From a virus (Duplodnaviria > Caudoviricetes), in IMG/VR virus record IMGVR_UViG_3300025635_000048, positions 1 through 41,278 of that record: 41,278 nt of DNA. One strand, 5' to 3'. The position numbers and the translations under genes were made by a program. The notes under the pieces were generated by a model that worked only from the letters and a program-made list of their open reading frames with translations, made no database searches and was not told where the DNA came from. Shown piece by piece: positions 18,128 through 26,878 of this stretch. Within the stretch, counting starts at the first letter, position 1; the number at the start of each line of letters is the position of its first letter.

Positions 18128-18310
18128 CTATTCCCCTCGCAAATCAAACAGTTCTTCGATCTCGCGCCGAACGTCCTTCGCCCCGTCCGATGTCGCGGTG
18201 GCGAGTTCGTCATAAGCGAGGGCGAGAAGTTCGCCCATCTTCGCCGCGTAGTCCGAATCCTTATGGAGTTCGGCCTCGAAAAAGTCCGCCCACATTTCAT
18301 GGATGCTCAT
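18128..18310 (-). CDS. Hypothetical acidic protein
   Basis: Fills the gap between coupled neighbours; ATG 18310 lies just after the upstream stop. Confidence 0.55.
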   Translation of the reverse strand: MSIHEMWADFFEAELHKDSDYAAKMGELLALAYDELATATSDGAKDVRREIEELFDLRGE

Positions 18311-18312
18311 GG

Positions 18313-18612
18313 CTATTTCCACTCCCCAGCGATGCCCGCGATCCGCGCCATTTCAGCACGCGCCTCGCTCAGTGTTTCCTTCAAGCCTTTGACAAGGTAC
18401 TCCAATGCAAACTCTCGGGTTGGGAAGACGGCCCCGTGTAGCAAGGTGTACCCAAGAACCTCGCCAGAATCCCAGTCGAGCCATTGCTCTGACGAATCGT
18501 GTTCGGGCGGCATGTGCCGATAGACACGATGGACTTCCAATCCAAACACGCCGTACTCAGTCGGCATGGCGTCGCATGCGCACGGTTCTTTGCCGCATCG
18601 ATAGCACTTCAT
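18313..18612 (-). CDS. Hypothetical protein with N-terminal Cys cluster
   Basis: CYRC..PCAC; ATGA-coupled. Confidence 0.6.
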   Translation of the reverse strand: MKCYRCGKEPCACDAMPTEYGVFGLEVHRVYRHMPPEHDSSEQWLDWDSGEVLGYTLLHGAVFPTREFALEYLVKGLKETLSEARAEMARIAGIAGEWK

Positions 18613-19043
18613 TTCGCTTCTCCCGGTTCCGCGTCGCTCGATTCTTCCAGCACCATCGTGGCCGTGCCCGTAAACAATCGGCCGCGCGCAAGGGCATAGA
18701 TGATGCTCGCCGCAATGATCCGCGCCGCTGACCGCACCTCCGCATTCGGATGCTCATTTTGGATGCGCTCCGTTTCGTCAAGGAGTTTGCAGACCAGGGC
18801 CGAGCAAGCGTCCTCAGCCGCGCGAGCCGTCGCCGTGCATGTGATCCCGTTGCCCGCGTCGATATGCGCCATAGCCATACCGTCGTTTTCATGGCGTAGC
18901 AATACCTTGGCGTTGTTTGCCGCAGCCCATCGCCACAGCATCGCGGGCGTCGTGCGTGGCGGAGGGATTTCTAGGCCGGAGATACGGCTGGCACGTGGGC
19001 GCACGAAGCGGACGGGATCATGGGATTCGAGGCATTGGATCAT
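18609..19043 (-). CDS. Hypothetical protein
   Basis: Start re-called at ATG 19043, which overlaps the DUF4406 stop (ATGA). Confidence 0.55.
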   Translation of the reverse strand: MIQCLESHDPVRFVRPRASRISGLEIPPPRTTPAMLWRWAAANNAKVLLRHENDGMAMAHIDAGNGITCTATARAAEDACSALVCKLLDETERIQNEHPNAEVRSAARIIAASIIYALARGRLFTGTATMVLEESSDAEPGEAK

Positions 19044-19411
19044 GAGTCCACCCCATTCAGTTCGTAGTCGAGATTCGCGAGTTTGAGCGCAAGGTCCTCG
19101 TCGTTTTCGTAGACCACCGGGATTCCCCGCGTGATCGCCTCGCGCCATTCCATCTCCGAGCCCACGGATTTCTCCCAGCCGTCGAGCATGATCACCACGT
19201 CGCACGCTGCGAGGATGTGAAGGTCGAACGCCATGTATTGCGCGTGCGGGATTTTCTCGGAGCCCGGAAACGCCGTGTTCAGGTGCGGGCAATGCGCGCC
19301 GTGGCCGAGTCCCCATACGCGCTTGGCCATGTTCGCGCCCCGCTGGATGTTGGCGTCGAGTTCGTCGATGGTTGGCGCGGTTATCGGGCCGCTTATGTAG
19401 GCCATAATCAT
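19040..19411 (-). CDS. DUF4406 / nucleoside 2-deoxyribosyltransferase-like protein
   Basis: YISGPIT...PH.N...DL..L..CD...ML.GWE.S.G...E...A...GIPV signature. Confidence 0.85.
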   Translation of the reverse strand: MIMAYISGPITAPTIDELDANIQRGANMAKRVWGLGHGAHCPHLNTAFPGSEKIPHAQYMAFDLHILAACDVVIMLDGWEKSVGSEMEWREAITRGIPVVYENDEDLALKLANLDYELNGVDS

Positions 19412-19653
19412 TTCACCGCTCCCTTCGCAAATTGAAGCAAGATCAAGTCCTTGACCTGGTCCACTAAGTTATCGGCCAGTCTCCATACGTGACTTTTCGA
19501 TTCGCACGCGACAAAGAAGGCCAGCCCGCGCTCGGCGTGCTTGACTGCAATCGCGCCATTGTCATTGGAAAAGACTGAATCGATGTTCCATCCGTTCGCC
19601 GGACTGATACCAACCGCGTACAGCCGTGTCTCTATCTCGCGTTCAGCACTCAT
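19408..19653 (-). CDS. Hypothetical protein
   Basis: Start at ATG 19653 overlapping the MTase stop; GGAGG RBS. Confidence 0.6.
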   Translation of the reverse strand: MSAEREIETRLYAVGISPANGWNIDSVFSNDNGAIAVKHAERGLAFFVACESKSHVWRLADNLVDQVKDLILLQFAKGAVK

Positions 19654-20201
19654 TTCTTCCACCTCCAATTGATGATCGCTTGGTTTCTCGTTGCGCCCTC
19701 GGGCAGGTGTCGGTAGACAAGAAGGCAATGCGCACCGGCTGGGCCGTTCGATGCCTTGATATCCGGCGACGGGGGGATGAATTTCACTCGGGGGGTCAGG
19801 TACCATATTTCCGCCGCTTTCGTCGCATAGTCGTGCCACCAGCGCGTTGAGGTATCGACGGGGGACAAGACCCACGCGACGCCGTTGGGGTATTTCTGGA
19901 CTTGCTCGTACGCTTTGGCGAGCCATGAGGCCATGTCGCCAAACGGCGGGTTACACCATACGCCGTGAATGAAACGCAGTCCCTCGTCGAACCAATCTAT
20001 TTTCAGTGCGTCGTCACTGGTGTTGAAATACCGTTCTACCTTCCGGTTATCGATTGACGCGCAAATGTCGCGCCATACTCGCGCCATTGCGTTCACCGCG
20101 TCGAACAGTTCCGGCGGCGTCTCCCACTCCTGGCGCAAGTCGCGCTCGGGTTTCGCGCCGTACTCCGCGCGGTCTTCGGTGGTGCCGATTGCGTCGATCA
20201 T
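19650..20201 (-). CDS. Phage DNA N6-adenine methyltransferase (Dam-like family)
   Basis: W.TP..LF, D.CA, DAL..DW, WCNPPF, DTST.WWH and R.KF motifs. Confidence 0.88.
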   Translation of the reverse strand: MIDAIGTTEDRAEYGAKPERDLRQEWETPPELFDAVNAMARVWRDICASIDNRKVERYFNTSDDALKIDWFDEGLRFIHGVWCNPPFGDMASWLAKAYEQVQKYPNGVAWVLSPVDTSTRWWHDYATKAAEIWYLTPRVKFIPPSPDIKASNGPAGAHCLLVYRHLPEGATRNQAIINWRWKK

Positions 20202-21148
20202 GGGGCCGCCTCCACATGGTCTAGTAGCGAAGTTTCTTCGGACACTGCGCGTATCCGCTCACACGCCATATTGAAATACTCTTGGTTCAACTCGATCCCC
20301 ACAAATCGCCGCCCGTACTTCAATGCCACCATCCCGGTTGTCCCGGACCCCATGAACGGGTCGAGTACCACGCCGCCGCCCGGTGCCCCAGCGAGGATGC
20401 ACGGCTCGATTAGGCGCGGCGGAAATACCGCGAAGTGCGCGCCGGAGAATCCTTGGGTAGGGACGGTCCAGACGGAGCGGCGGTTGCGGGTGCCGGAGCC
20501 GTCTGGGGTGTTGCCTGAATACGTTGGGTTCCCATTGTTTCCGACGGCCTTGATGCCTCCCATTGGTGGCATGGGGGTGTTCGCGGGCCATGTGGCCGGT
20601 TCCGCAATGGCCGCCGCGTCATAGAAATATTTCGAGGACTTGCTCATGAGGAAGATGTATTCGTGTGACTTCGTGCAACGGTCTGTGACGCTCTCGGGCA
20701 TGGGGTTAGGCTTGGCCCAGATGATGTCTTGGCGTAGATACCACCCCGCCGATTGCAGGGCGAAGGCGACGCGCCAAGGGATGCCGATTAGGTTCTTGGA
20801 TGGAAGCCCCCCGCTGTCCTTTTTGCCGAACTCGCTCCATCCTGGCCGCTCCGCATCGAACGAGCCGCCGCCGCCATTCCCGCCGCCCGCGTACGAGTCC
20901 CCGAGGTTTAACCATAGCGTGCCGTCCTTCCGCAGCACGCGCCGAACACCCTCGAATACCCCCGCCATCTCGGTGACGTACTCCGCCGGGGTTTGCTCAA
21001 GGCCGATCTGGCCGTCAACGCCGTAGTCGCGCAGGCCCCAATACGGCGGACTCGTGACGCAGGTTTGGACGGATTCCGCGTCGAGCGTTGGCAGGATGTC
21101 CCGCACGTCGCCGCAGTATAGCGTTGCGTTGCCGATGGTTTCGATCAT
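20198..21148 (-). CDS. DNA N4-cytosine/N6-adenine methyltransferase (beta class)
   Basis: VTSPPYWGLRDY catalytic motif before VLDPFMGSGTT SAM-binding motif; HFAVFP. Confidence 0.93.
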   Translation of the reverse strand: MIETIGNATLYCGDVRDILPTLDAESVQTCVTSPPYWGLRDYGVDGQIGLEQTPAEYVTEMAGVFEGVRRVLRKDGTLWLNLGDSYAGGGNGGGGSFDAERPGWSEFGKKDSGGLPSKNLIGIPWRVAFALQSAGWYLRQDIIWAKPNPMPESVTDRCTKSHEYIFLMSKSSKYFYDAAAIAEPATWPANTPMPPMGGIKAVGNNGNPTYSGNTPDGSGTRNRRSVWTVPTQGFSGAHFAVFPPRLIEPCILAGAPGGGVVLDPFMGSGTTGMVALKYGRRFVGIELNQEYFNMACERIRAVSEETSLLDHVEAAP

Positions 21149-21354
21149 TTCAGCCCCCTCGCCTTCCGGCTCTCGTCAATCTCCACGAACGCATCCTCAA
21201 TCTCAGGAAAGCCCATGCTTTCGGCGAGGCGAGCGCGGGCGAGTTCCCGGTCAATTTCAAAAGCCCGCGCACGGTTGCCCGTTGCGTCTCCATCCGCGAC
21301 ACCAGCGAAGGGTTTAATATGATGCGCGGTACACACGCGGGGAAAGTCGGTCAT
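21145..21354 (-). CDS. Hypothetical protein
   Basis: Coupled by 4-nt overlaps on both sides. Confidence 0.55.
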   Translation of the reverse strand: MTDFPRVCTAHHIKPFAGVADGDATGNRARAFEIDRELARARLAESMGFPEIEDAFVEIDESRKARGLK

Positions 21355-22304
21355 GATTGCGGGTCGTACTTGCCCTGCTTGGGCCTGGTCGTTGGCTTAG
21401 TGAACAGCAGTTCGCCTTCGGGCGGGGCGTCATCGTATCGCGGTTCTGCCGGGTCGTCCTGGTCCATCGGGTGAATGTCCTCAACAGGAACGCCCATTGA
21501 TTCATCCGTTACCTCGAACGTCGCCGCCAGCGCGTCGAGCGGGTTTGCCGTGATATCCACCGGCGCGGCGTCGCTGGACAAGTCAATTCGCTCCGCCTCT
21601 TCGTCCATCTCGATTGCCCGCATGACTTCGGGTGACATGGATAGTAGTTTGCAGAGCCGCCGCACAGCGGTCTTGAGCCGCATCCCGTCCACGTTCGGCC
21701 CGCCGTGTCGCCATTCGGTCGAGCGGCTCCCCGCCTTGCGGATTGCCTCTTCCTGTACTTTGGCGGCTTCTTTCGGCGTCAACACGTAGACCTTCGATGT
21801 TCCATCCGTGTAGCGGCCAACGGCGTAGGCGCATTTCCACGGGCCGGGATTCCCGTCGAGCGACGGACGATGAGTGATCCGCTCGTCCGTCCCGAGCACG
21901 TAATCGAATTCGTCGGCCTCGTACACGTTGGCCGCGTTGATGCGCACGTCGGTTGACTGTTCGCAAAGTTTCATCAGCCCGCGATAGCCGAGGATCGGCG
22001 TGCAGATATTTTTGTACGGGACGGCGTAGACCTCGCCAAACGCAGGATTGAGATTGAGCCCAAGTTCGGAGCACGTAATCATCGTTTGCAAGACCGACAG
22101 CGGCGTGCAATCAAGCAGTTTAGGCGTGCGCTGAATGGCGGTCAACGCCATCGCGATCATGTTCCCGGCGGACGGCTTCAAATGTTGCGGGAGCCGCTCG
22201 ACGATCTGCGGCGTGCATTCGGAAAACAGTTGCTTGGCGACAGACACCGTGCCGAGCGACGGGCGTTTCAGAATGGGGACTACGGCGGTAGTTTCGTTAG
22301 GCAT
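21351..22304 (-). CDS. recT: RecT-family single-strand annealing protein
   Basis: P.L..CTP.S......ELGL......GE.Y.VPY......GYRG...L; VYE.DEF; M..KT.VRRL.K. Confidence 0.92.
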   Translation of the reverse strand: MPNETTAVVPILKRPSLGTVSVAKQLFSECTPQIVERLPQHLKPSAGNMIAMALTAIQRTPKLLDCTPLSVLQTMITCSELGLNLNPAFGEVYAVPYKNICTPILGYRGLMKLCEQSTDVRINAANVYEADEFDYVLGTDERITHRPSLDGNPGPWKCAYAVGRYTDGTSKVYVLTPKEAAKVQEEAIRKAGSRSTEWRHGGPNVDGMRLKTAVRRLCKLLSMSPEVMRAIEMDEEAERIDLSSDAAPVDITANPLDALAATFEVTDESMGVPVEDIHPMDQDDPAEPRYDDAPPEGELLFTKPTTRPKQGKYDPQS

Positions 22305-23337
22305 TCGCGATCTCCTTCGGCGTCTCGCTCGCCGCGATCTGTTTGTGTTTCGGTCCGCCCGAGCGCGTCATTGCGCCGTGGCGCGTGGTTGTTTTCGTCT
22401 CGTATTCGATGCCCGCAGCGGTGAGCGCGAGGGCATGCTCCGGGGCCACGCGAAGGTATTGGGATTCGGAGCCGGAGCCGATCCGGTACTTGATGTTCGT
22501 CCCTTCGATGATCCCGCAGCGATGCACGCCGATTTCCGCTCGGATGGTGTTGCGGATTTGGGTGCGCTCTTTCTCAGCCACCCTGATCGCATCACTAAGG
22601 GCCTGGGCTATCCGGTCGAGTTCCGCGAATTCCTCCGTGAGCAGAACCGTCGTTTCGTCCATCGGGCGGTAGTATTCGGCAATGGCCCGCGCCGTGGATT
22701 CGAGGCCGTCGAGCGTGGGCGGTGTCCTGGTCTCGACGCATCGCTGGAATTTCGCGTAGGCCGACAGCATGGCCCGGTGGACGACCGGGTGCGCGTCGAT
22801 GTCCCAAGACTTAAGTGTCGAGCCGAGGAGTACACAGATCGATCCCCACGTATCGCCAGTAACAAGCAGGTGGTGTTGCAACTGGAGTTGTACCCAAAGT
22901 GGCGGCCACGTCTCCCAATTGTGCGAATCGTATGGGCTGTAATACTTCACTTCCATAACGCCTCGCCCCTTGCGCGGGCACTCGACCAACAGATCGGGCG
23001 AGGCTGTTATGTACGGGTGTTTCGGGTGTCGGTACAACGTGAATTCGCCGGGGTCTGTGATAGTCCGCTCCGGGTGCAGTAGCGCGTAGCCGTGCTGTGC
23101 AATGGGATTCTCGAATACGTGTCCCCAATGCCTCGGATCGTTTACCAAGTCCGCCGGGGACGATTCGGCTTCGTCCTCGACATTCACGCCGTCAACGAGT
23201 CGCGCCCACACACCGAACGCGCCGCGCTGTTCGTGGACCCCGAGGATCGCCGCCGCGTCCGACGATCCGATCTGCCGCGCCGCGAGCCATGCCGCCCGCG
23301 TGGGGTATTCTGTTACCGCTTGATTTTCTTCGCTCAT
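22297..23337 (-). CDS. YqaJ-like (lambda-exonuclease family) recombination nuclease
   Basis: WL..R.IGSSDAAAILG, WG..FE..IA, ASPD, EVK and Q.QH motifs; adjacent to recT. Confidence 0.9.
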   Translation of the reverse strand: MSEENQAVTEYPTRAAWLAARQIGSSDAAAILGVHEQRGAFGVWARLVDGVNVEDEAESSPADLVNDPRHWGHVFENPIAQHGYALLHPERTITDPGEFTLYRHPKHPYITASPDLLVECPRKGRGVMEVKYYSPYDSHNWETWPPLWVQLQLQHHLLVTGDTWGSICVLLGSTLKSWDIDAHPVVHRAMLSAYAKFQRCVETRTPPTLDGLESTARAIAEYYRPMDETTVLLTEEFAELDRIAQALSDAIRVAEKERTQIRNTIRAEIGVHRCGIIEGTNIKYRIGSGSESQYLRVAPEHALALTAAGIEYETKTTTRHGAMTRSGGPKHKQIAASETPKEIANA

Positions 23338-23909
23338 GGTTTCCCCCTATGCTTTTCCGTGCTTATCGAAACCATCTTTGTGTGGTAGGCCAAGTCCTTC
23401 TCTGCTTTCCGCGCGCACTCTCGGTGATAGCGGACGTGCCAAGCCCAGTCCCGGTGACTGTTCGTTTTGCCGAGAAGCCGTTTGTTTTCGTCCGCCTCAT
23501 GATCGAGGCGGCGCATGTCGGCAAAGGCAATCGCCTCCGCCTTAGTAGCGAAAATCTCGTTGGGGCGGGCGGTTCGGTACGAGTAACAGCTCGGCTTGTC
23601 AGACGGTTCATCCAGGCGGTACTCGCGGACCCCCTTCGCGTCTATGTCTATACCGGTTACCACATGCTGTGATGCGGTGGACTGGAATTCGTATTGCTTA
23701 ACTATGCCCACAGGCTCGTCACATATACTGCCTTTGCACCCGGCGCAGCGTATGACTACCTGCGAATCGTCGCCGAGAATGACGGTCAGGGTTTTCTTAC
23801 CGAAACAGTCGGGACATGGAATATGCGTTTCGACCCTATCGTATCGCCCCATGAAAACGGTATCTCCGATTGCGAATGGGGTTGCCATGACTTGTTTTTC
23901 GTCGCTCAC
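23334..23909 (-). CDS. Hypothetical protein with CxxC..CxxC Zn ribbon
   Basis: F.IGD.V; CPDC.G...CAGC.G; AAGGA RBS before GTG start. Confidence 0.7.
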   Translation of the reverse strand: MSDEKQVMATPFAIGDTVFMGRYDRVETHIPCPDCFGKKTLTVILGDDSQVVIRCAGCKGSICDEPVGIVKQYEFQSTASQHVVTGIDIDAKGVREYRLDEPSDKPSCYSYRTARPNEIFATKAEAIAFADMRRLDHEADENKRLLGKTNSHRDWAWHVRYHRECARKAEKDLAYHTKMVSISTEKHRGKP

Positions 23910-23963
23910 TGCTGTATCCTTTGCTCGTTGTTTAGCCCCGCGCGTGGCCTATCCTCGCGCCCG

Positions 23964-23995
23964 ACGCCGCCGCCTGACCCATCGGACGGCGGCGT
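23964..23995 (-). promoter_or_regulatory. Intergenic RNA hairpin
   Basis: ACGCCGCCG...CGGCGGCGT arms in the only sizeable gap of the coupled operon. Confidence 0.5.
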
Positions 23996-23997
23996 TT

Positions 23998-24285
23998 CTA
24001 TTTCCGATTCAATGCGTCTGAGTATTTGCGCCACTCTTCGGCGGATGCAGCGAGTTCGTCGGCCTTGCGTTTCGCGTATCGCGTCACCGTTTCAATCAAC
24101 CCATCGGCTGTATCGCCGGTAAGAAATATCGTTTCGCCGCGAAACCCCTTTTCTGTCAGCCATAGTTTCCAGACGTAGCACGGTGCCACTGGTGGATTGC
24201 GTGGTTGCTCTACGGTGATTTCCCAGTCAACGGCTCGGAATCCTGCCGCCCGGATCGCTTTTTTTATCTCAGCCACAGTCATCAT
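23998..24285 (-). CDS. Hypothetical protein
   Basis: ATGA-coupled ORF. Confidence 0.6.
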   Translation of the reverse strand: MMTVAEIKKAIRAAGFRAVDWEITVEQPRNPPVAPCYVWKLWLTEKGFRGETIFLTGDTADGLIETVTRYAKRKADELAASAEEWRKYSDALNRK

Positions 24286-24506
24286 CGGCGCAATTTCCCT
24301 ATGCTCGCCAGTTCGTCCATTCGCCGTTGCGCCTCACGCGCGTGCCAGTAGGTTGCGCTGCGATCTGACAGCCGCTCGCCGATGACGCGCCCGCCGGTAA
24401 TTGGTGGAGTCCCCGGACCAAACATGCGGTCAAGCGCGAGGCCGATGATTACGGCCAGGACCAGCAACGCGCCGCAGCCGAGGCCGTACATGAGTCCGGC
24501 GATCAT
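24282..24506 (-). CDS. Small membrane protein
   Basis: N-terminal hydrophobic helix; start 24506 overlaps the upstream stop. Confidence 0.6.
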   Translation of the reverse strand: MIAGLMYGLGCGALLVLAVIIGLALDRMFGPGTPPITGGRVIGERLSDRSATYWHAREAQRRMDELASIGKLRR

Positions 24507-25126
24507 CGCGCCACCGCCTTCTCTTGTGCGGCATCGTGATGCTCTTTGCACAAGCTCAGATATCGTGCGTACTCCGCTATCTGGGCATCCACGTAATCGT
24601 TTTTTCTGCCTATCGCCTCATAGTGCTCAGTCCAATGATCGATGCTATGGTGCTCGCAGCCAATAAAGACGGTCCCGCAAGACAGCATCGTTATAGGGTG
24701 TCGCGATCCCTTTATGTATAGAGGGGCATGCTCGGTCACGCCGTCGCCGATGGAGCAGCAGTCTCCGATGGCGCAGTCGTCGCCGATGGTGCAGCCGTCG
24801 CCGATGGTGCAGTCGTAGCCGATTTCCGCGCCCGAGCCGATGATGCAGTCGTAGTCGATGGTGCAGCCGTCGCCGATGGTGCAGTAGTTGCCGATGGAGC
24901 AGCAGTCGCCGATGGAGCAGCAGTCGCCGATGGTGCAGCCGTCGCCGATGATGCAGTCGTAGCCGATTTTCGCGTCGTAGCCGATTTTCGCGCCCGAGCC
25001 GATTTTCGCGCCCGAGCGGATAATGCAGTCGTCGCCGATTTTCGCGTCGTCGCCGATTTTCGCCGTCCGATGTATCCTCGCCCCGTTCTCCCGGATGATC
25101 CAGTCACCATCGATTCGCTCAGGCAT
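24503..25126 (-). CDS. Hexapeptide-repeat (left-handed beta-helix) protein B
   Basis: 18 x [A/C]x[I]Gxx hexapeptides, then an IGCE.H....W...Y..IG...QIAEY..Y..LC domain. Confidence 0.85.
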   Translation of the reverse strand: MPERIDGDWIIRENGARIHRTAKIGDDAKIGDDCIIRSGAKIGSGAKIGYDAKIGYDCIIGDGCTIGDCCSIGDCCSIGNYCTIGDGCTIDYDCIIGSGAEIGYDCTIGDGCTIGDDCAIGDCCSIGDGVTEHAPLYIKGSRHPITMLSCGTVFIGCEHHSIDHWTEHYEAIGRKNDYVDAQIAEYARYLSLCKEHHDAAQEKAVAR

Positions 25127-25847
25127 GGGCTGCCGCCTTCTTCTGCGCGTCAATCCACGCGGCGCAAAGATCGATGTATCCCCGATACTCCGCGATCTGC
25201 TCGGGCGTCAACCCGTGCGCCTCACCGATCTGTTTGTAATCCGATAGCCAATCGGCGACCTCGTGCCGCTCGCAGCCGATACAGATTAGGCCAGTGCTCA
25301 TCGCGGTGATCGGGTACATTCTGTGAGTGATCCGAAGCGTATCAACGCGCGCGCCGGACTCGACACGCGCTCCGTCGCCGATGATGCAGCCGTCGCCTAT
25401 TTTCGCGCCCGAGCCGATGGTGCAGTCGTAGTCAATTTTCGCGCCGTAGCCGATGATGCAGCCGGAGCCGATGATGCAGTCGTAGCCGATTTTCGCTCCG
25501 TCGCCGATGATGCAGGCGGAGCCGATTTCCGCGCCCGAGCCGATGATGCAGTCGTAGTCGATGGTGCAGCCGTCGCCGATGGTGCAGCCGTCGCCAATGG
25601 CGCAGTCGTCGCCGATTTTCGCGCCCGAGCCGACACGCGCGCCGTCGCCGATGATGCAGTCGTCGCCGATGGTGCAGCCGTCGCCGATGGCGCAGTCGTC
25701 GCGGATGATGCAGCCCGAGCCGATGATGCAGGCGGAGCCGATTTCCGCGCCCGAGCCGATGATGCAGTCGTCGCCTATTTTCGCCGTCTTGTGTATCCTC
25801 GCCCCGTTCTCTCGGATGATCCAGTCTCCATCGATTCGCTCAGGCAT
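25119..25847 (-). CDS. Hexapeptide-repeat (left-handed beta-helix) protein A
   Basis: About 25 hexapeptides; same N-terminus (MPERIDGDWIIRENGARIH) and homologous C-terminal domain as protein B. Confidence 0.85.
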   Translation of the reverse strand: MPERIDGDWIIRENGARIHKTAKIGDDCIIGSGAEIGSACIIGSGCIIRDDCAIGDGCTIGDDCIIGDGARVGSGAKIGDDCAIGDGCTIGDGCTIDYDCIIGSGAEIGSACIIGDGAKIGYDCIIGSGCIIGYGAKIDYDCTIGSGAKIGDGCIIGDGARVESGARVDTLRITHRMYPITAMSTGLICIGCERHEVADWLSDYKQIGEAHGLTPEQIAEYRGYIDLCAAWIDAQKKAAAHA

Positions 25848-26052
25848 GGGCCGACACCTCTTTTTGCCCAACAGGAAACGGTATAATCATTTGGTTCCGC
25901 ATTTGGTGGCGGTGATCAATCTGACCGATCTGGACGTGGCACCCGAGCGCGATGAGCGACAGCGCGATCTTGCGTTGGTCATCAGGCATACATTGGGTGT
26001 AGGCGGCTATTGACTCCGTCGCCTCGGATACTGCAAGTTCAATCATGCTCAT
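25840..26052 (-). CDS. Hypothetical protein
   Basis: Coupled ORF with AAGGGAG RBS. Confidence 0.55.
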   Translation of the reverse strand: MSMIELAVSEATESIAAYTQCMPDDQRKIALSLIALGCHVQIGQIDHRHQMRNQMIIPFPVGQKEVSAHA

Positions 26053-26242
26053 GGTGTCTCCCTTCGCTGTTGTTGATCCATTCGCTCACGGCCAACAGGT
26101 GCTTACATGCACCCGTTCGCTCGCCGTGAAACTGATATGCTGGGCAGGTACACGACCGCGTGTTGCCGTACTGGACGGTGTAGATACCGCCCGATACGGA
26201 CTCCACCTCGAACGAGTCGGGGCCTGTCTGCCGGATATTCAC
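26039..26242 (-). CDS. SWIM zinc-finger protein
   Basis: Y.V......CTCP.........CKH motif. Confidence 0.8.
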   Translation of the reverse strand: MNIRQTGPDSFEVESVSGGIYTVQYGNTRSCTCPAYQFHGERTGACKHLLAVSEWINNSEGRHHEHD

Positions 26243-26496
26243 TTGCCGAGCATCCGATCACACCATTCGTAGAGCAGCCGCAAACAGTTTTCGTCGTCGC
26301 CGGTTTCCTCAGCGTAGTCGTAATGGATCGCATGGAGCGTGTCAATGATGTCGTTAAACCGCCGATAGTGCCGGGATTTGGCGTTAGTGGCTTCAGTCCA
26401 GTACGCATCGATCCGTTCTTGCCGCTCCATCGCCTCACGGCTGGGCTCACGGTTCTCGCAATCGTCGTCGAGGGCCGCGTGTTCCTCGTCAGTCAT
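26239..26496 (-). CDS. Hypothetical acidic protein
   Basis: GGAGG RBS before ATG 26496; overlaps the HTH gene stop. Confidence 0.6.
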   Translation of the reverse strand: MTDEEHAALDDDCENREPSREAMERQERIDAYWTEATNAKSRHYRRFNDIIDTLHAIHYDYAEETGDDENCLRLLYEWCDRMLGK

Positions 26497-26761
26497 TGTG
26501 TTGCGCCTCCATCGAGCGGGCAACGTCGCGGACCCTGTAGGACCGCAAGCCGCGCACACGGCCAAGGTCGATCTGGAGCATGTGGCAGATGGTATCGATG
26601 GTCTCGATATTCGCCGACACCATGCCCCGCTCAAGTTTCGCGAGATGGGACTCGGTTAGTAGTGCCTTTGACGCCACGTCCCGGAGCGATAGCCCCAGCC
26701 GGTTGCGCCGTGCCCGGATTGCGCGGCCAATGGCCGCTGCCGCTGTTCTTGTCTTGCTCAT
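26489..26761 (-). CDS. XRE/Cro-like HTH transcriptional regulator
   Basis: IG.AIR.RR..LGLSL..VA......S.L.KLERG......T...I; first gene behind the promoter; GGAGGA RBS. Confidence 0.88.
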   Translation of the reverse strand: MSKTRTAAAAIGRAIRARRNRLGLSLRDVASKALLTESHLAKLERGMVSANIETIDTICHMLQIDLGRVRGLRSYRVRDVARSMEAQHND

Positions 26762-26779
26762 AGGTTCCTCCATGAGCAG

Positions 26780-26808
26780 AGCATACACCATCGCCTGGGT
26801 ATTGTCAA
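26780..26808 (-). promoter_or_regulatory. Sigma70-type promoter of the leftward operon
   Basis: TTGACA-N17-TATGCT on the minus strand. Confidence 0.8.
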
Positions 26809-26825
26809 GGGAAAACTTTTATGTC

Positions 26826-26854
26826 TTGACAAATAGGCGAACTTGGTGTACTCT
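26826..26854 (+). promoter_or_regulatory. Sigma70-type promoter of the replication genes
   Basis: TTGACA-N17-TACTCT, back-to-back with the leftward promoter. Confidence 0.75.
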
Positions 26855-26878
26855 GTGCCGTGGACTGGAGGTATTTGC

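Noticed and set aside
24728-25886. Long antisense and alternate-frame ORFs (ADGAAV and SATAAP repeats), or a CRISPR-like array
   Set aside because: These are shadows of the 18-nt coding repeats. There are no unique spacers and no cas genes.
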